The position numbers and the translations under genes are program-made. A DNA stretch of 64,000 nt, from positions 93,263 through 157,262 of the forward strand of contig JASFQL010000004.1 of the NCBI GenBank assembly GCA_050115475.1. The letters run 5' to 3'. The notes under the pieces are model-generated. The model made no database searches and was not told where the DNA came from. It worked only from the letters and a program-made list of their open reading frames with translations. This DNA comes from Anaerolineales bacterium. Lineage in GTDB: Bacteria; Chloroflexota; Anaerolineae; Anaerolineales; UBA11579. Below are positions 1-9,075 of this stretch, piece by piece; position 1 is the stretch's first letter, and each line of letters begins with the position of its first letter.

Positions 1-316
1 TCCGATACGGATCGATTCCAGGGGGAAGTGTCGCATCTTTCCGGCGCGCTTCCCGACGGCGCTTGAAACGGATTCGCCTGTCATCCAGCTTTTCCACCAG
101 TTCCCATCCTGCCAGGGCTTCCTCAGCCAACAGGGATTGGAAAACATCAGCTTTGCGGAACGCCGGGTAATACGCTCTCACAATCTTGAATTCCCAGTTT
201 TGCTCTAAATCTTCGCCTGTATATTTGGTCATTTCTTCCTCTTCTTGCTCTTGTCTTATGCGTGCTTGGCGGGCTGCATGTGCAGCAGCGATTCCGCCGT
301 GAGAAAAGTGAGGCAT
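1..316 (-). CDS. Hypothetical protein (DUF4177-like), 3'-truncated by the window edge; paralog of 1724..2119
   Basis: Not in the ORF track. Manual translation from ATG 316 (AGGAG RBS upstream) gives MPHFSHGGIAAAHAARQARIRQEQEEEEMTKYTGEDLEQNWEFKIVRA...AGWELVEKLDDRRIRFKR...LPPGIDPYR, colinear with the 1724..2119 product. Confidence 0.85.
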   Translation of the reverse strand, partial: MPHFSHGGIAAAHAARQARIRQEQEEEEMTKYTGEDLEQNWEFKIVRAYYPAFRKADVFQSLLAEEALAGWELVEKLDDRRIRFKRRREARRKDATLPPGIDPYR

Positions 317-326
317 CTAGCATCTC

Positions 327-1436
327 CTATTCATTTCCAACTGCTTCAATCAACAAATCATCCAACCAAACGTGATCTGCCATGATGCGGTTTTTCCAAC
401 CCGGTATCAGCCTGTCTAGCAAGAAAGCCTGCGCCATACCTGTATAGTAAAAACGAACATCGCCTTTGTGAGCAGCCTGATTCTTCATGGTCGCGATTTC
501 CTGTTGCCAGCGCTTCTCAAAAGTCTCGTAACCCTTGAAATCCGGGTCCTGTGTTATATCAGGGATAGCATTGTATTGAGAAGATGAAAACGCCTGTTTC
601 CAGATAGCAATTTCAACGTACTTCGCCAGTCCCTCTTCCCATTCGAGTAAACGCTCGAATTCGATTAAATCCCCTTTCATACCGTGGGTCTCTCGTCGCG
701 TTTGTCGCTGTTCGAGGAATTGTGCCGTTAATTCTGTCAATTCATCATCCGTTTCCGCATCCAAAGCTTTAATTAAAAGAGCTATCTCCTCTCTCCAATC
801 ATCGCCCATATATTCATCTGCTTCCCAATATTCCTCTTCGGTACCATATCGCTCTTCCGCTTTTTCGAGCTTATCCGGCGCGGATATTGCCTGGTAAACG
901 TGGAAAGTCTCGTGCAGTACGCCGGTCATCTGCACCTCGCTGGGTTGGATGAAAATCCTGTATGGGATGATTTTATCAATAGGAGAAGGGAGCATTTCCT
1001 GGAACTGTGATACCAAGAAATGATCTGTCTCCCATTTTGTCCCCATGCTGGCGGTCCATCGGTCATCGACGAGTATTGCGAAGTTATTATGGTCTTCCGT
1101 CTCCAGCTTATAGTAGGCTTGCTCATTGAAAGTATCGCCCGTCACTGTCTCCCAACCTGTTGGTTGGACCGGGAACCCAAATAGAAAGGAAGTTTCTTCG
1201 GTCCATAACATAACGGGAATCTCCATTTGCCCCCAACCCGGCCAAACCTCCTCACCCAAAGCCTCTTTCAGGTGAAGGGTTTCGGCCAATCGGGCCTTAT
1301 CAATGAACGAGAAAGTGTCCCTGCTTTCTGGCTTTTCGGGCAGCCCCAGGTTGCTGAGTGCTGATATCCCTGCTGCCAGGATGCAGAGTGAGAGGATCCC
1401 GATGACCGAAAACAGAACCACTTTGCGCTTCGTCAT
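327..1436 (-). CDS. Membrane-anchored/secreted HExxH zinc metallopeptidase-like protein
   Basis: N-terminal hydrophobic segment; LHETFH motif and downstream EEGLAKY (gluzincin-like third ligand). Confidence 0.6.
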   Translation of the reverse strand: MTKRKVVLFSVIGILSLCILAAGISALSNLGLPEKPESRDTFSFIDKARLAETLHLKEALGEEVWPGWGQMEIPVMLWTEETSFLFGFPVQPTGWETVTGDTFNEQAYYKLETEDHNNFAILVDDRWTASMGTKWETDHFLVSQFQEMLPSPIDKIIPYRIFIQPSEVQMTGVLHETFHVYQAISAPDKLEKAEERYGTEEEYWEADEYMGDDWREEIALLIKALDAETDDELTELTAQFLEQRQTRRETHGMKGDLIEFERLLEWEEGLAKYVEIAIWKQAFSSSQYNAIPDITQDPDFKGYETFEKRWQQEIATMKNQAAHKGDVRFYYTGMAQAFLLDRLIPGWKNRIMADHVWLDDLLIEAVGNE

Positions 1437-1457
1437 AACAGATTTCCAGGGTTCGTA

Positions 1458-1491
1458 ATTACCTGATTACCTAATTACCTGATTCCTGATC
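1458..1491. repeat. Short 8-bp tandem repeat (ATTACCTR) in an intergenic gap
   Basis: ATTACCTG ATTACCTA ATTACCTG ATTCCTG read directly. Confidence 0.7.
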
Positions 1492-1492
1492 A

Positions 1493-1708
1493 CTAATTAA
1501 CTTTCCTGTTTTCTAATATCCTGAGATTATAGATTTCGGTATAGCCGCACGCCAGGCAGGATGCAAACACATATTCGTGGTGCTGGATATCCATAATTCT
1601 GGTGATACCCGTTCCTGCCATAGCTAAACGTTCAACGTGTGCGCCTGCACTTTTACATTTCGGGCAGGTGAATTCTTGCTTCAGAATCTGATCGATATTT
1701 TTACGCAT
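1493..1708 (-). CDS. Zinc-ribbon domain protein (DUF2082-like)
   Basis: CPKC...CLACGYTEIY, 71 aa. Confidence 0.75.
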   Translation of the reverse strand: MRKNIDQILKQEFTCPKCKSAGAHVERLAMAGTGITRIMDIQHHEYVFASCLACGYTEIYNLRILENRKVN

Positions 1709-1723
1709 GTCGAATTCCTCAGG

Positions 1724-2119
1724 TCACGAGAATAGATAGGCCAACAACGCTATCAACCCGCCGATACCAAGCATGACCCCCACAATCGTCAATCCCAACA
1801 CGCCTTCGGACATACCAAAGGTTGTCCGGTAAGGATCGATTCCAGGGGGCAGGTTGAAGTCGTTTCGTTGTGCGCTGAATGGTCGTTTGAAACGGATGCG
1901 GCTGTCATCGAATTTCTCGACCATCACCCATCCCGCCATGGACTCCTCAGCCCGTACCTGATCTACGACCTCGCGCTTGCTGAACTTCCCTAAGGCCGAT
2001 TTGACGATCTTGAATTCCCAATCGTTATCGAGTTCATCTTTTGTATACTTGGTCATTTCTTCTTCCTCTTGTCTTCTCTTCTTGGCAGCTTCTTGGGCTG
2101 CTATGTGTGCGCCGTTCAT
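1724..2119 (-). CDS. Hypothetical membrane-anchored protein (DUF4177-like)
   Basis: WEFKIV...GWVMV...FKRP pattern, C-terminal TM helix; paralog at 1..316. Confidence 0.65.
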   Translation of the reverse strand: MNGAHIAAQEAAKKRRQEEEEMTKYTKDELDNDWEFKIVKSALGKFSKREVVDQVRAEESMAGWVMVEKFDDSRIRFKRPFSAQRNDFNLPPGIDPYRTTFGMSEGVLGLTIVGVMLGIGGLIALLAYLFS

Positions 2120-2197
2120 ATATTTGCTCCAAAAAATATGCCATCTGTTCCCACCTGTGTTGGTCTTACGGCAGGAACAGATGGCAGGGGATTCCTT

Positions 2198-3154
2198 TTA
2201 TTTCTTCGCCTTCTTTGCCTCCGCGTTCTGCGCCAGCGACACCATCCCACTCAAACCCCCAAGATTCATCGTATCCACTGCGCTGCTGGGGACGATGACC
2301 ATGGCGCCATTTTCTTTGAGACCTTCGAAAAGCATATTCATCGCCCGCAGGTGAAGGGCTGTTGGGTTTTCAATATAAGCTTCGGATGCCTCTGAGAATG
2401 AAGCCGCAATCTGTTTTTCCGATTCACCCAGGATGACGCGCGCCTGTCTTTCACGTTCCGCCTGGGCCTGGCGGGACATGGTGTCCTCCAGGTCTTGGGG
2501 GATGACGATATCCCGGATTTCAACCGATTGGACGCTGACCCCCCAGGGAGTGGTTCGCTGGTCGATGATATTCTGCAATTCTTCATCCATCTTCGCCCGC
2601 CCCACGAGGATATCTGCCAGGTCTAGCGAGCCGATGACTTCACGCAGTGCGGTCTGCGATGCCCAGGTGATAGCGTTGCGGTAATCTTCGACCTCCAAAG
2701 CGGCTTTTTCCGCATCCCATACAACCCAGAACAAAACTGCGTCGACATCCACGGGAACGGTATCTTTTGTGAGGGTCTTCTCCGCGCTGAAAGGGGAGAC
2801 CATCACACGATGGTCGATCCATTCAGTTACAGTATCGATGATTGGGACGAGCCAGAATACCCCTGGTCCCTTCAAGCCGCGGAACTTCCCAAAACGGAGA
2901 ACAACGGCTTTTTCCCATTGCTTGGCGACCTTGAGTGCGAACATGAAATACAAAGAAAGTAAAAATACGGCGGTTACCCATACGCCGATCCATACGCCGC
3001 TTACGCCGGCGTTTATTAATGGAATAACGCCGAGCATACCAACGACGAGCAGGAAGAAAAAGATTGTCAGCGCGATACCGTTGATCCGCGGCTGGTCTTG
3101 CTTCCTCGTCATCATCGCTCGGTTCTGCATGAGTGAAAAACTTGTGTTGGTCAT
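2198..3154 (-). CDS. SPFH/stomatin (slipin) family protein
   Basis: Two N-terminal TM helices; WEKAVVLRFG, TKDTVPVDVDAV, QAQAERERQAR stomatin motifs. Confidence 0.9.
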   Translation of the reverse strand: MTNTSFSLMQNRAMMTRKQDQPRINGIALTIFFFLLVVGMLGVIPLINAGVSGVWIGVWVTAVFLLSLYFMFALKVAKQWEKAVVLRFGKFRGLKGPGVFWLVPIIDTVTEWIDHRVMVSPFSAEKTLTKDTVPVDVDAVLFWVVWDAEKAALEVEDYRNAITWASQTALREVIGSLDLADILVGRAKMDEELQNIIDQRTTPWGVSVQSVEIRDIVIPQDLEDTMSRQAQAERERQARVILGESEKQIAASFSEASEAYIENPTALHLRAMNMLFEGLKENGAMVIVPSSAVDTMNLGGLSGMVSLAQNAEAKKAKK

Positions 3155-3202
3155 TTTAATTTAATCCTCCAATTCTTAGATAAATACTTCCTATCAATGT
3201 AA

Positions 3203-3613
3203 TTATTCTTCCGGCACGGGGGGTGTGCCGTTTTCGATCCACATATCCAGTTTTCTCTTGAATGTGGCCCTGACCTCTTTCGGGCTGAATCCCATCCGGT
3301 AAGCAGAGTAAAGGTATTGGCTGGTCATACGCTTGAGGTCCTTCTCGCGCAGCTCTGCAGCTTCTTTCTCTGAAAGCGGGTCCAAGATAAAAGTACCGCG
3401 CCCATGCTGGGTCGAGATAACAGCGTCTTCGTCCAGGAGCCTGTAGGCGCGCGCCACCGTGTTGAAGTTCACCCGCAGGTCTGCCGCCAACTGTCGTACC
3501 GTGGGGAGTTGGTCTCCAGGTTTAAGCTTACCGGTGGCAATCTGGTGTTTGATTTGTTCCATAAGCTGAACGTAGATCGGGACGTGATCCCTAAAATTTA
3601 TTTCGATATTCAT
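3203..3613 (-). CDS. GntR family transcriptional regulator (YtrA subfamily)
   Basis: PIYVQL...GDQLPTVRQLAADLRVNFNTVARAY...GRGTF; short C-terminal domain. Confidence 0.92.
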   Translation of the reverse strand: MNIEINFRDHVPIYVQLMEQIKHQIATGKLKPGDQLPTVRQLAADLRVNFNTVARAYRLLDEDAVISTQHGRGTFILDPLSEKEAAELREKDLKRMTSQYLYSAYRMGFSPKEVRATFKRKLDMWIENGTPPVPEE

Positions 3614-3636
3614 ATACCCGATCCTCTCCTTTCATT

Positions 3637-3705
3637 TTGTATGATTGTCTCATTGTATAATTGTATCATTGATTGAATTGTATACCGAATCTGCTCGTTT
3701 GTCAA
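3637..3705 (-). promoter_or_regulatory. Sigma70 promoter (TTGACA-17-TACAAT) followed by four 8-bp direct repeats (candidate operator)
   Basis: Minus strand -35 at 3705-3700, -10 at 3682-3677; plus-strand TTGTATGA/TTGTCTCA/TTGTATAA/TTGTATCA at 3637-3668. Confidence 0.7.
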
Positions 3706-3830
3706 GTATTTGGCAAAATGTTAATCAACCACTAATCTAAGCTCGGTCGGTTGGCGAATTTCCCTTCAAACCCCGCACAACGCACAACCTTTCTTTCTCA
3801 AATTCGTAGTATCTGGTAAACAGATCGAGT

Positions 3831-5234
3831 ATGGAGGAAACGATGCACAATAGCAAGCAAACCCGTAATACCCGGAAGTACACTGTGGGATGTATTTCCA
3901 TCGCGCTTCTCCTTTTTGTTATTGCTACCACAGTAATATGGCTTGGAGAAAGAGTGAACCCTGATGCAAAGGCACAACTGAAAATTGGGGATTCCCTCTA
4001 TCAAGAAGGGAGATCCGACGAGGCTGAGGTGGCTTATCTGAACGCGTTAGCGCTTGCGCCAGGGAACCCGGCAGCTTTGGAAAAACTAGGTTTGATATCG
4101 CTTTGGCGGAATGACACACAGGAAGCCGAAAGTTATTTCATCGATGCATTGAACCACACACCCTGGTACAGGAACTTCTGGCCCCTGAACACAAATCTTA
4201 AATACCACCTGGGGATGACTTACCTGCGCCAGGATCGCTTCAGCGACCTGACACAACTCTTTTACGAAGCGAGGGGACCGATTGCGATTGGGCCATTCCG
4301 TGATTTGGATTCTTTTGGTAAACAAATGGAACTTTTTGGAAATGAAGCTCCTTACACCATTGAAGGTCCGGATGAGACGCGCATCGATTTCGTTATCACC
4401 GATCCCCTGCCGGTTATCGAGGTATCCGTCAACGGCAGCGCCCCCCAAAACTTTGTCCTCGATACCGGCGGCATGGAGGTCATCCTGGACGATGACCTGG
4501 CTGAACAGGTTGGCGCGCAGATCGCTGGCTCAATAACAGGCAGCTACGGTGGAGGGAAGAAGGCCGAGACCGGGCTGGGGAGGCTCGATTCCATTGCGTT
4601 GGGTGAGTTTGTCGTTCACAACCTCCCCATCCACATCCTTGATACGGATTCGATCTCATCAGAGTTTGGCGGGATGAAGATCAAGGGGATCATCGGCACT
4701 CGCCTTCTGATGCACTTCCTGACCACCATCGACTATCCCAACGGAGCCTTGATCCTGCAGCGCCCAACTCCGGCGAACTTGCAGAGTCTGGACTCCCAGA
4801 TATCTGCCGTGGGAGCGAAGGTCATCCCTTTCTGGCTCATTGAGACACACTACATCGTGGCTTGGGGGACAATCAATAATCTGGATCCGATGCTTTTCTT
4901 CGTGGACACCGGACTGGCGGGTGCGGGATTCATTGCCTCGGAACCCCGCTTGCAGGAAGAAGCCGGGATTTCGGTGGATTGGACAAAAGCTGAAGAAGGT
5001 ATTGGCGGCGGCGGTGCATACCAATCTGTAGATGTCATCATCGACCGCCTGACTCTGGGCACGGGTGAAAATGAGGTCGTGAAAAACCAGGTACTCGGAA
5101 AAGTGTCAGAGTCCCCCCCTTCCGTGTTAGGAGACACGCTTGGTTTTTACATCGGCGGTCTTATCTCTCATCAGTTCTTCCGCGATCACGCTTTAACCCT
5201 GGATTTCACAGATATGAATCTCATATTGCAATAA
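3831..5234 (+). CDS. TPR-containing retropepsin-like aspartyl protease with two aspartyl protease domains
   Basis: N-terminal TM, TPR-like helices, FVLDTGG and FFVDTGL catalytic motifs, GIIG and GGLIS psi-loop motifs. Confidence 0.8.
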   Translation: MEETMHNSKQTRNTRKYTVGCISIALLLFVIATTVIWLGERVNPDAKAQLKIGDSLYQEGRSDEAEVAYLNALALAPGNPAALEKLGLISLWRNDTQEAESYFIDALNHTPWYRNFWPLNTNLKYHLGMTYLRQDRFSDLTQLFYEARGPIAIGPFRDLDSFGKQMELFGNEAPYTIEGPDETRIDFVITDPLPVIEVSVNGSAPQNFVLDTGGMEVILDDDLAEQVGAQIAGSITGSYGGGKKAETGLGRLDSIALGEFVVHNLPIHILDTDSISSEFGGMKIKGIIGTRLLMHFLTTIDYPNGALILQRPTPANLQSLDSQISAVGAKVIPFWLIETHYIVAWGTINNLDPMLFFVDTGLAGAGFIASEPRLQEEAGISVDWTKAEEGIGGGGAYQSVDVIIDRLTLGTGENEVVKNQVLGKVSESPPSVLGDTLGFYIGGLISHQFFRDHALTLDFTDMNLILQ

Positions 5235-5440
5235 CAAGACAGTGTGACATTTTAAAGTGTACATTGCGGGGTCTGGCAAAACGACAATCACTCTCTTTTA
5301 TAAGCCCGAAAGGATTCTCAATAAAGCGATAAATATCCTATCGGGCATCCTAAATAACTTGTGGTATTATGCAGATACCCCTGATAAATCAATAGCTATA
5401 CGGCCAACATCAAATCAACGGGTTGATATTAGGATAATTG

Positions 5441-6328
5441 ATGTCAGATCAAAACGCTCTCTTGACAAAGGAAGAACTAAAGTCACCTGCGGTGTTCTTG
5501 TTTGGCGCAGTATATATCTTTGCGGTCGTATTGTCGGTGTCGTCGAGTCCCTCACAAGGTCTCGTCTACCTTGGCATGAGTGCCGCCATCTCCCTGTTAG
5601 CCTGGCTTATTCTCGACCTCACGAAAGGGATGCGAATACCGGATATTCAGGCCAGGGCGCCGTGGTTGGAGATCGCATTTGGCCTCCTTACATATTTGGT
5701 CTTCGAGTTCACGCCTTACCTGGATTTTGGTGACGAATGGAATCTTGGCGAAGTGCTGAAGAAAGGATTGCTGCTCTTTATTCTGCCATACGTTTTCCTC
5801 AGGTTGCGCAAGCATCCCCCCTCGTCCATGGGATTATCGTCGTCCAATTGGAAGCAGAACCTCAAGGTGGCAGGCATCGTCCTGGCCTGTATGGCTGTTC
5901 CGTCCATCTTTTTCATCAGCGACACGGCAAACTTGATTTTAGAAGGTCAGATAACACTGGCAAAAGCCCTACCGGCTTTCTTCATCTATTTCACCCACAA
6001 TGCCCTCCGGTCTGGATTGCCTGAGGAATTCTTCTATCGAGTATTTTTACAAACCCGCCTTTCCCAGGCGCTGAAGTCAAGATTGGGGGGAATCCTGATC
6101 ACATCTCTGTTGTTTGGCCTCGTGCACATTCCCTACGTGATGAGGTGGTACCCCGAGATGACACTAGCTGAAGCCTTTTGTAGCGCTTTCTTCATACAAG
6201 GCTTCACGGGACTTGTTTACGGAGTTCTCTGGGAAAGGTCTCACAGCTTGCTTCCGGGGACGATTGTGCATTCTGGCTTGAACGCCCTCAACAACGTCGG
6301 TGCTGCAGTCGCCCTCATTTTCCCGTGA
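5441..6328 (+). CDS. CPBP (CAAX/Abi) family intramembrane metalloprotease
   Basis: EEFFYR, FGLVH and HSGLN motifs; multiple TM helices. Confidence 0.9.
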   Translation: MSDQNALLTKEELKSPAVFLFGAVYIFAVVLSVSSSPSQGLVYLGMSAAISLLAWLILDLTKGMRIPDIQARAPWLEIAFGLLTYLVFEFTPYLDFGDEWNLGEVLKKGLLLFILPYVFLRLRKHPPSSMGLSSSNWKQNLKVAGIVLACMAVPSIFFISDTANLILEGQITLAKALPAFFIYFTHNALRSGLPEEFFYRVFLQTRLSQALKSRLGGILITSLLFGLVHIPYVMRWYPEMTLAEAFCSAFFIQGFTGLVYGVLWERSHSLLPGTIVHSGLNALNNVGAAVALIFP

Positions 6329-6409
6329 GTCGATGTGGAGTACACACCATAATATAAATCGCTGTGTCAATAGAACTCTTGAAAACACAATAGCTATATC
6401 GAAAAGTAG

Positions 6410-7075
6410 ATGAACAAAGTGGAAGAATTAAATCGACAAAAAAAGGAAAGGGCTATCTGGGACAAACAGGCATCAGGATACGACAATCGTGTCCTCAAGA
6501 TGTACAAGGATACATACGATCTCTCCATTCAAAAGGTCCTTTCCATCCTTTCACCCGACCGTCAGCTATTGGACATCGGCTGCGGCACCGGGATCATTTC
6601 CCTTGGCATTGCCCCCTATGTGGATAAAGTGGTCGCCACAGATATATCCCCCCAGATGGTTTCTATGGCCAAAAACAAGGCGGAAAGTTCATCGATCACC
6701 AACGTAGATTTTCAGGTATACGATGGCTATGCGGTCCCATACGACGATGAGTCATTCGATGTCGTTTTGCTGTTCAACACCTTGCACGTTGTCAAAGAAC
6801 CGGATGCTCTTCTCCGTGAAGCACATAGATTACTCAAACCTGGCGGACATTTGGTCACTGCCACGGATTGTTATGCCGAGCCTGTCCCCTTCTTGGTCCG
6901 GCTGGGTTTGAGTGTCCAGAAGCTGTTGAAGCTGCTTGGGGTCATATCCTTCATGTGGTATTACCGCAAGGAAGACCTGCACCAGTTGTTTGAACAGACC
7001 TCCTTCCTTATCGCAGATTCTGATGTCCTCCATCCGGCGCCGGTGAACTATTATCTCCTCGCAAGCAAGAAATGA
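6410..7075 (+). CDS. Class I SAM-dependent methyltransferase
   Basis: LLDIGCGTG, DISPQM and LKPGG motifs. Confidence 0.9.
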   Translation: MNKVEELNRQKKERAIWDKQASGYDNRVLKMYKDTYDLSIQKVLSILSPDRQLLDIGCGTGIISLGIAPYVDKVVATDISPQMVSMAKNKAESSSITNVDFQVYDGYAVPYDDESFDVVLLFNTLHVVKEPDALLREAHRLLKPGGHLVTATDCYAEPVPFLVRLGLSVQKLLKLLGVISFMWYYRKEDLHQLFEQTSFLIADSDVLHPAPVNYYLLASKK

Positions 7076-7147
7076 CGTAGATTAAGAAACTCACCTGACC
7101 AGCACGTGAAATAGCCATATCTAATAGTTGAATCTGGAAGATAAATC

Positions 7148-7681
7148 ATGAAAGACATCCGTGATATTCTTACCGCTCATACTGCCCGATATCCCTTATG
7201 GTGTGTAGAAGATCTCTACAAGCTCATTCACCAGTCAGCAAAGGGCAGTGAACACGCAGTAAAAGACGAGACAGTGGTGGAGGATTGGCTCGTCCGTGAA
7301 CTTGCAGAAATGGGACCAGGGCCTGAAGAACCCCTCCTTGATCCCATAGCTCCGGACGGCGCCATCTTCAGGATTCATCTTCGCCCATTCTCCAAACACG
7401 GTTTTGATCCTATGTTACTGGTCGATGCCTTTATCCGTACAGCCAGGGAATTTCAGGGGTCACAGAAACTCATTGAAGATTACAAAAAGAGTGCGGTAGA
7501 ACTTGCACGCGACGATAAATTACAAATCGACCGTGAAGAGATTATGGGTTTCTTTGGAGAAATGAAGGCGGCAAACTATCCTGCCGTTCATCACTCTTCC
7601 GCCTTTCGAAAACATTACCGGCCCGCTTACCGTGTGGTTGCCGGCGCCTGCCTTCCCCCCGAGATATTGACAGCAGCCTGA
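7148..7681 (+). CDS. Conserved hypothetical protein
   Basis: DLYKLIHQ...G.EH and HHS..FRKHYRPAYRVV motifs; function not recognised. Confidence 0.65.
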   Translation: MKDIRDILTAHTARYPLWCVEDLYKLIHQSAKGSEHAVKDETVVEDWLVRELAEMGPGPEEPLLDPIAPDGAIFRIHLRPFSKHGFDPMLLVDAFIRTAREFQGSQKLIEDYKKSAVELARDDKLQIDREEIMGFFGEMKAANYPAVHHSSAFRKHYRPAYRVVAGACLPPEILTAA

Positions 7682-7853
7682 TCCTGCGCCAACTTGGATT
7701 TTGCTTTACCAGGAGAGCTAACCGCGCGCCTCGATAAAACCTACAGAATCTCTCTACGTCAGTTGCCATCGAGTCATTCCTTACACATATGCGCTAAAGT
7801 TGCGTATAATTATTCCTCGAGGCTTGAAACCAATACCTCAGGAGAGAACAAAG

Positions 7854-9023
7854 ATGCAATATCGAAAATTCGGGAACTTGGATTGGCCCGTCTCCGCCTT
7901 GGGATTTGGATGTATGCGCTTCCCGCTCAAAGGGCCAGAAGCATCCCAGATCGACGAAGACCAGGCCGTGAAAATGCTTGCTTACGCCGTCGACCACGGA
8001 GTCAACTACCTGGATACAGCTTACCCCTATCACGGCGGGCAGAGTGAGATCTTCGTGGGTAAATTTCTCAAGAACGGCTACCGGGATAAAGTCAGGCTGG
8101 CCACAAAACTGCCCTGTTGGGAAGTCAAACAAAAGGATGGTTTCGACCGCCTGCTGAATGAACAGCGCAAGAAACTTCAGGTAGAGCACATCGATTTCTA
8201 CCTGCTGCACGCCCTCAACAAGAATTCATGGAAGAATATGTACGAGTTGGATGTACTCCCCTGGGCAGAGAAAGCCATCGCCGATGGCCGCATCGGTCAT
8301 CTGGGATTTTCCTTCCACGATGATTACGACGCCTTCAAATCCATTATCGATGCCAACGACAAGTGGACCTTCTGCCAGATTCAATACAATTATATGGATA
8401 TCGAGAACCAGGCCGGAACCCTGGGTCTGCGCTACGCAGCCTCGAAAGGGCTTGCTGTTGTTATTATGGAACCCATCCTGGGGGGGCGGATTGTCGATCC
8501 CCCCAATCCCGTTCAGGCTGTTTGGGATGCGGCTGAAACCAAACGCAAACCTGCCGATTGGGCTTTGCAGTGGCTTTGGGACCAACCCGAAGTGTCTGTG
8601 GTTTTGAGTGGGATGAGCAATATACAGCAGGTGCAAGAAAACGTCGCCAGCGCAGCCAATTCCGGGATCGGCACCTTATCCATGGATGATTTGAAAGTCA
8701 TCGACCAGGTCCGGGACGAATACGACACACTTTCCCCCATCCCCTGCACCAAGTGCGAATACTGCTTGCCCTGCCCCAATGGGGTCAATATTCCCCGGGT
8801 GTTCGAGCATTACAACCATGCCATCATGTATGAGAAACTCGAAGACTCTCGCACGAGGTATAACACCTTTTTCGACGAATCCCAGCGTGCCCACAACTGC
8901 CTTGATTGTAAAGAATGCGATGAAAAATGTCCCCAGAAAATCCCCATTTCACAATGGATGCCCCACATCCACGCCGTGTTAGGAGAGGGGAAAGCTATCG
9001 AGGATGTCCCCCGTCCCCAATAA
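7854..9023 (+). CDS. Aldo/keto reductase with C-terminal 4Fe-4S dicluster
   Basis: LGFGCMRFP, NYLDTAYPY, CTKCEYCLPCP and CLDCKECDEKCP; ATG 7854 after AGGAGAG. Confidence 0.9.
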   Translation: MQYRKFGNLDWPVSALGFGCMRFPLKGPEASQIDEDQAVKMLAYAVDHGVNYLDTAYPYHGGQSEIFVGKFLKNGYRDKVRLATKLPCWEVKQKDGFDRLLNEQRKKLQVEHIDFYLLHALNKNSWKNMYELDVLPWAEKAIADGRIGHLGFSFHDDYDAFKSIIDANDKWTFCQIQYNYMDIENQAGTLGLRYAASKGLAVVIMEPILGGRIVDPPNPVQAVWDAAETKRKPADWALQWLWDQPEVSVVLSGMSNIQQVQENVASAANSGIGTLSMDDLKVIDQVRDEYDTLSPIPCTKCEYCLPCPNGVNIPRVFEHYNHAIMYEKLEDSRTRYNTFFDESQRAHNCLDCKECDEKCPQKIPISQWMPHIHAVLGEGKAIEDVPRPQ

Positions 9024-9075
9024 CGGCTCGCTCGACCAACGCAGGGAACGCGCAATCCCAACGCCGTTTTTTCCA

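Noticed and set aside
3737-7780. Integron cassette array (independent genes with spacers; GCTCGGTCGGTTGGCG near 3741)
   Set aside because: No complete RYYYAAC...GTTRRRY pair with complementary arms after any gene, and no integrase.
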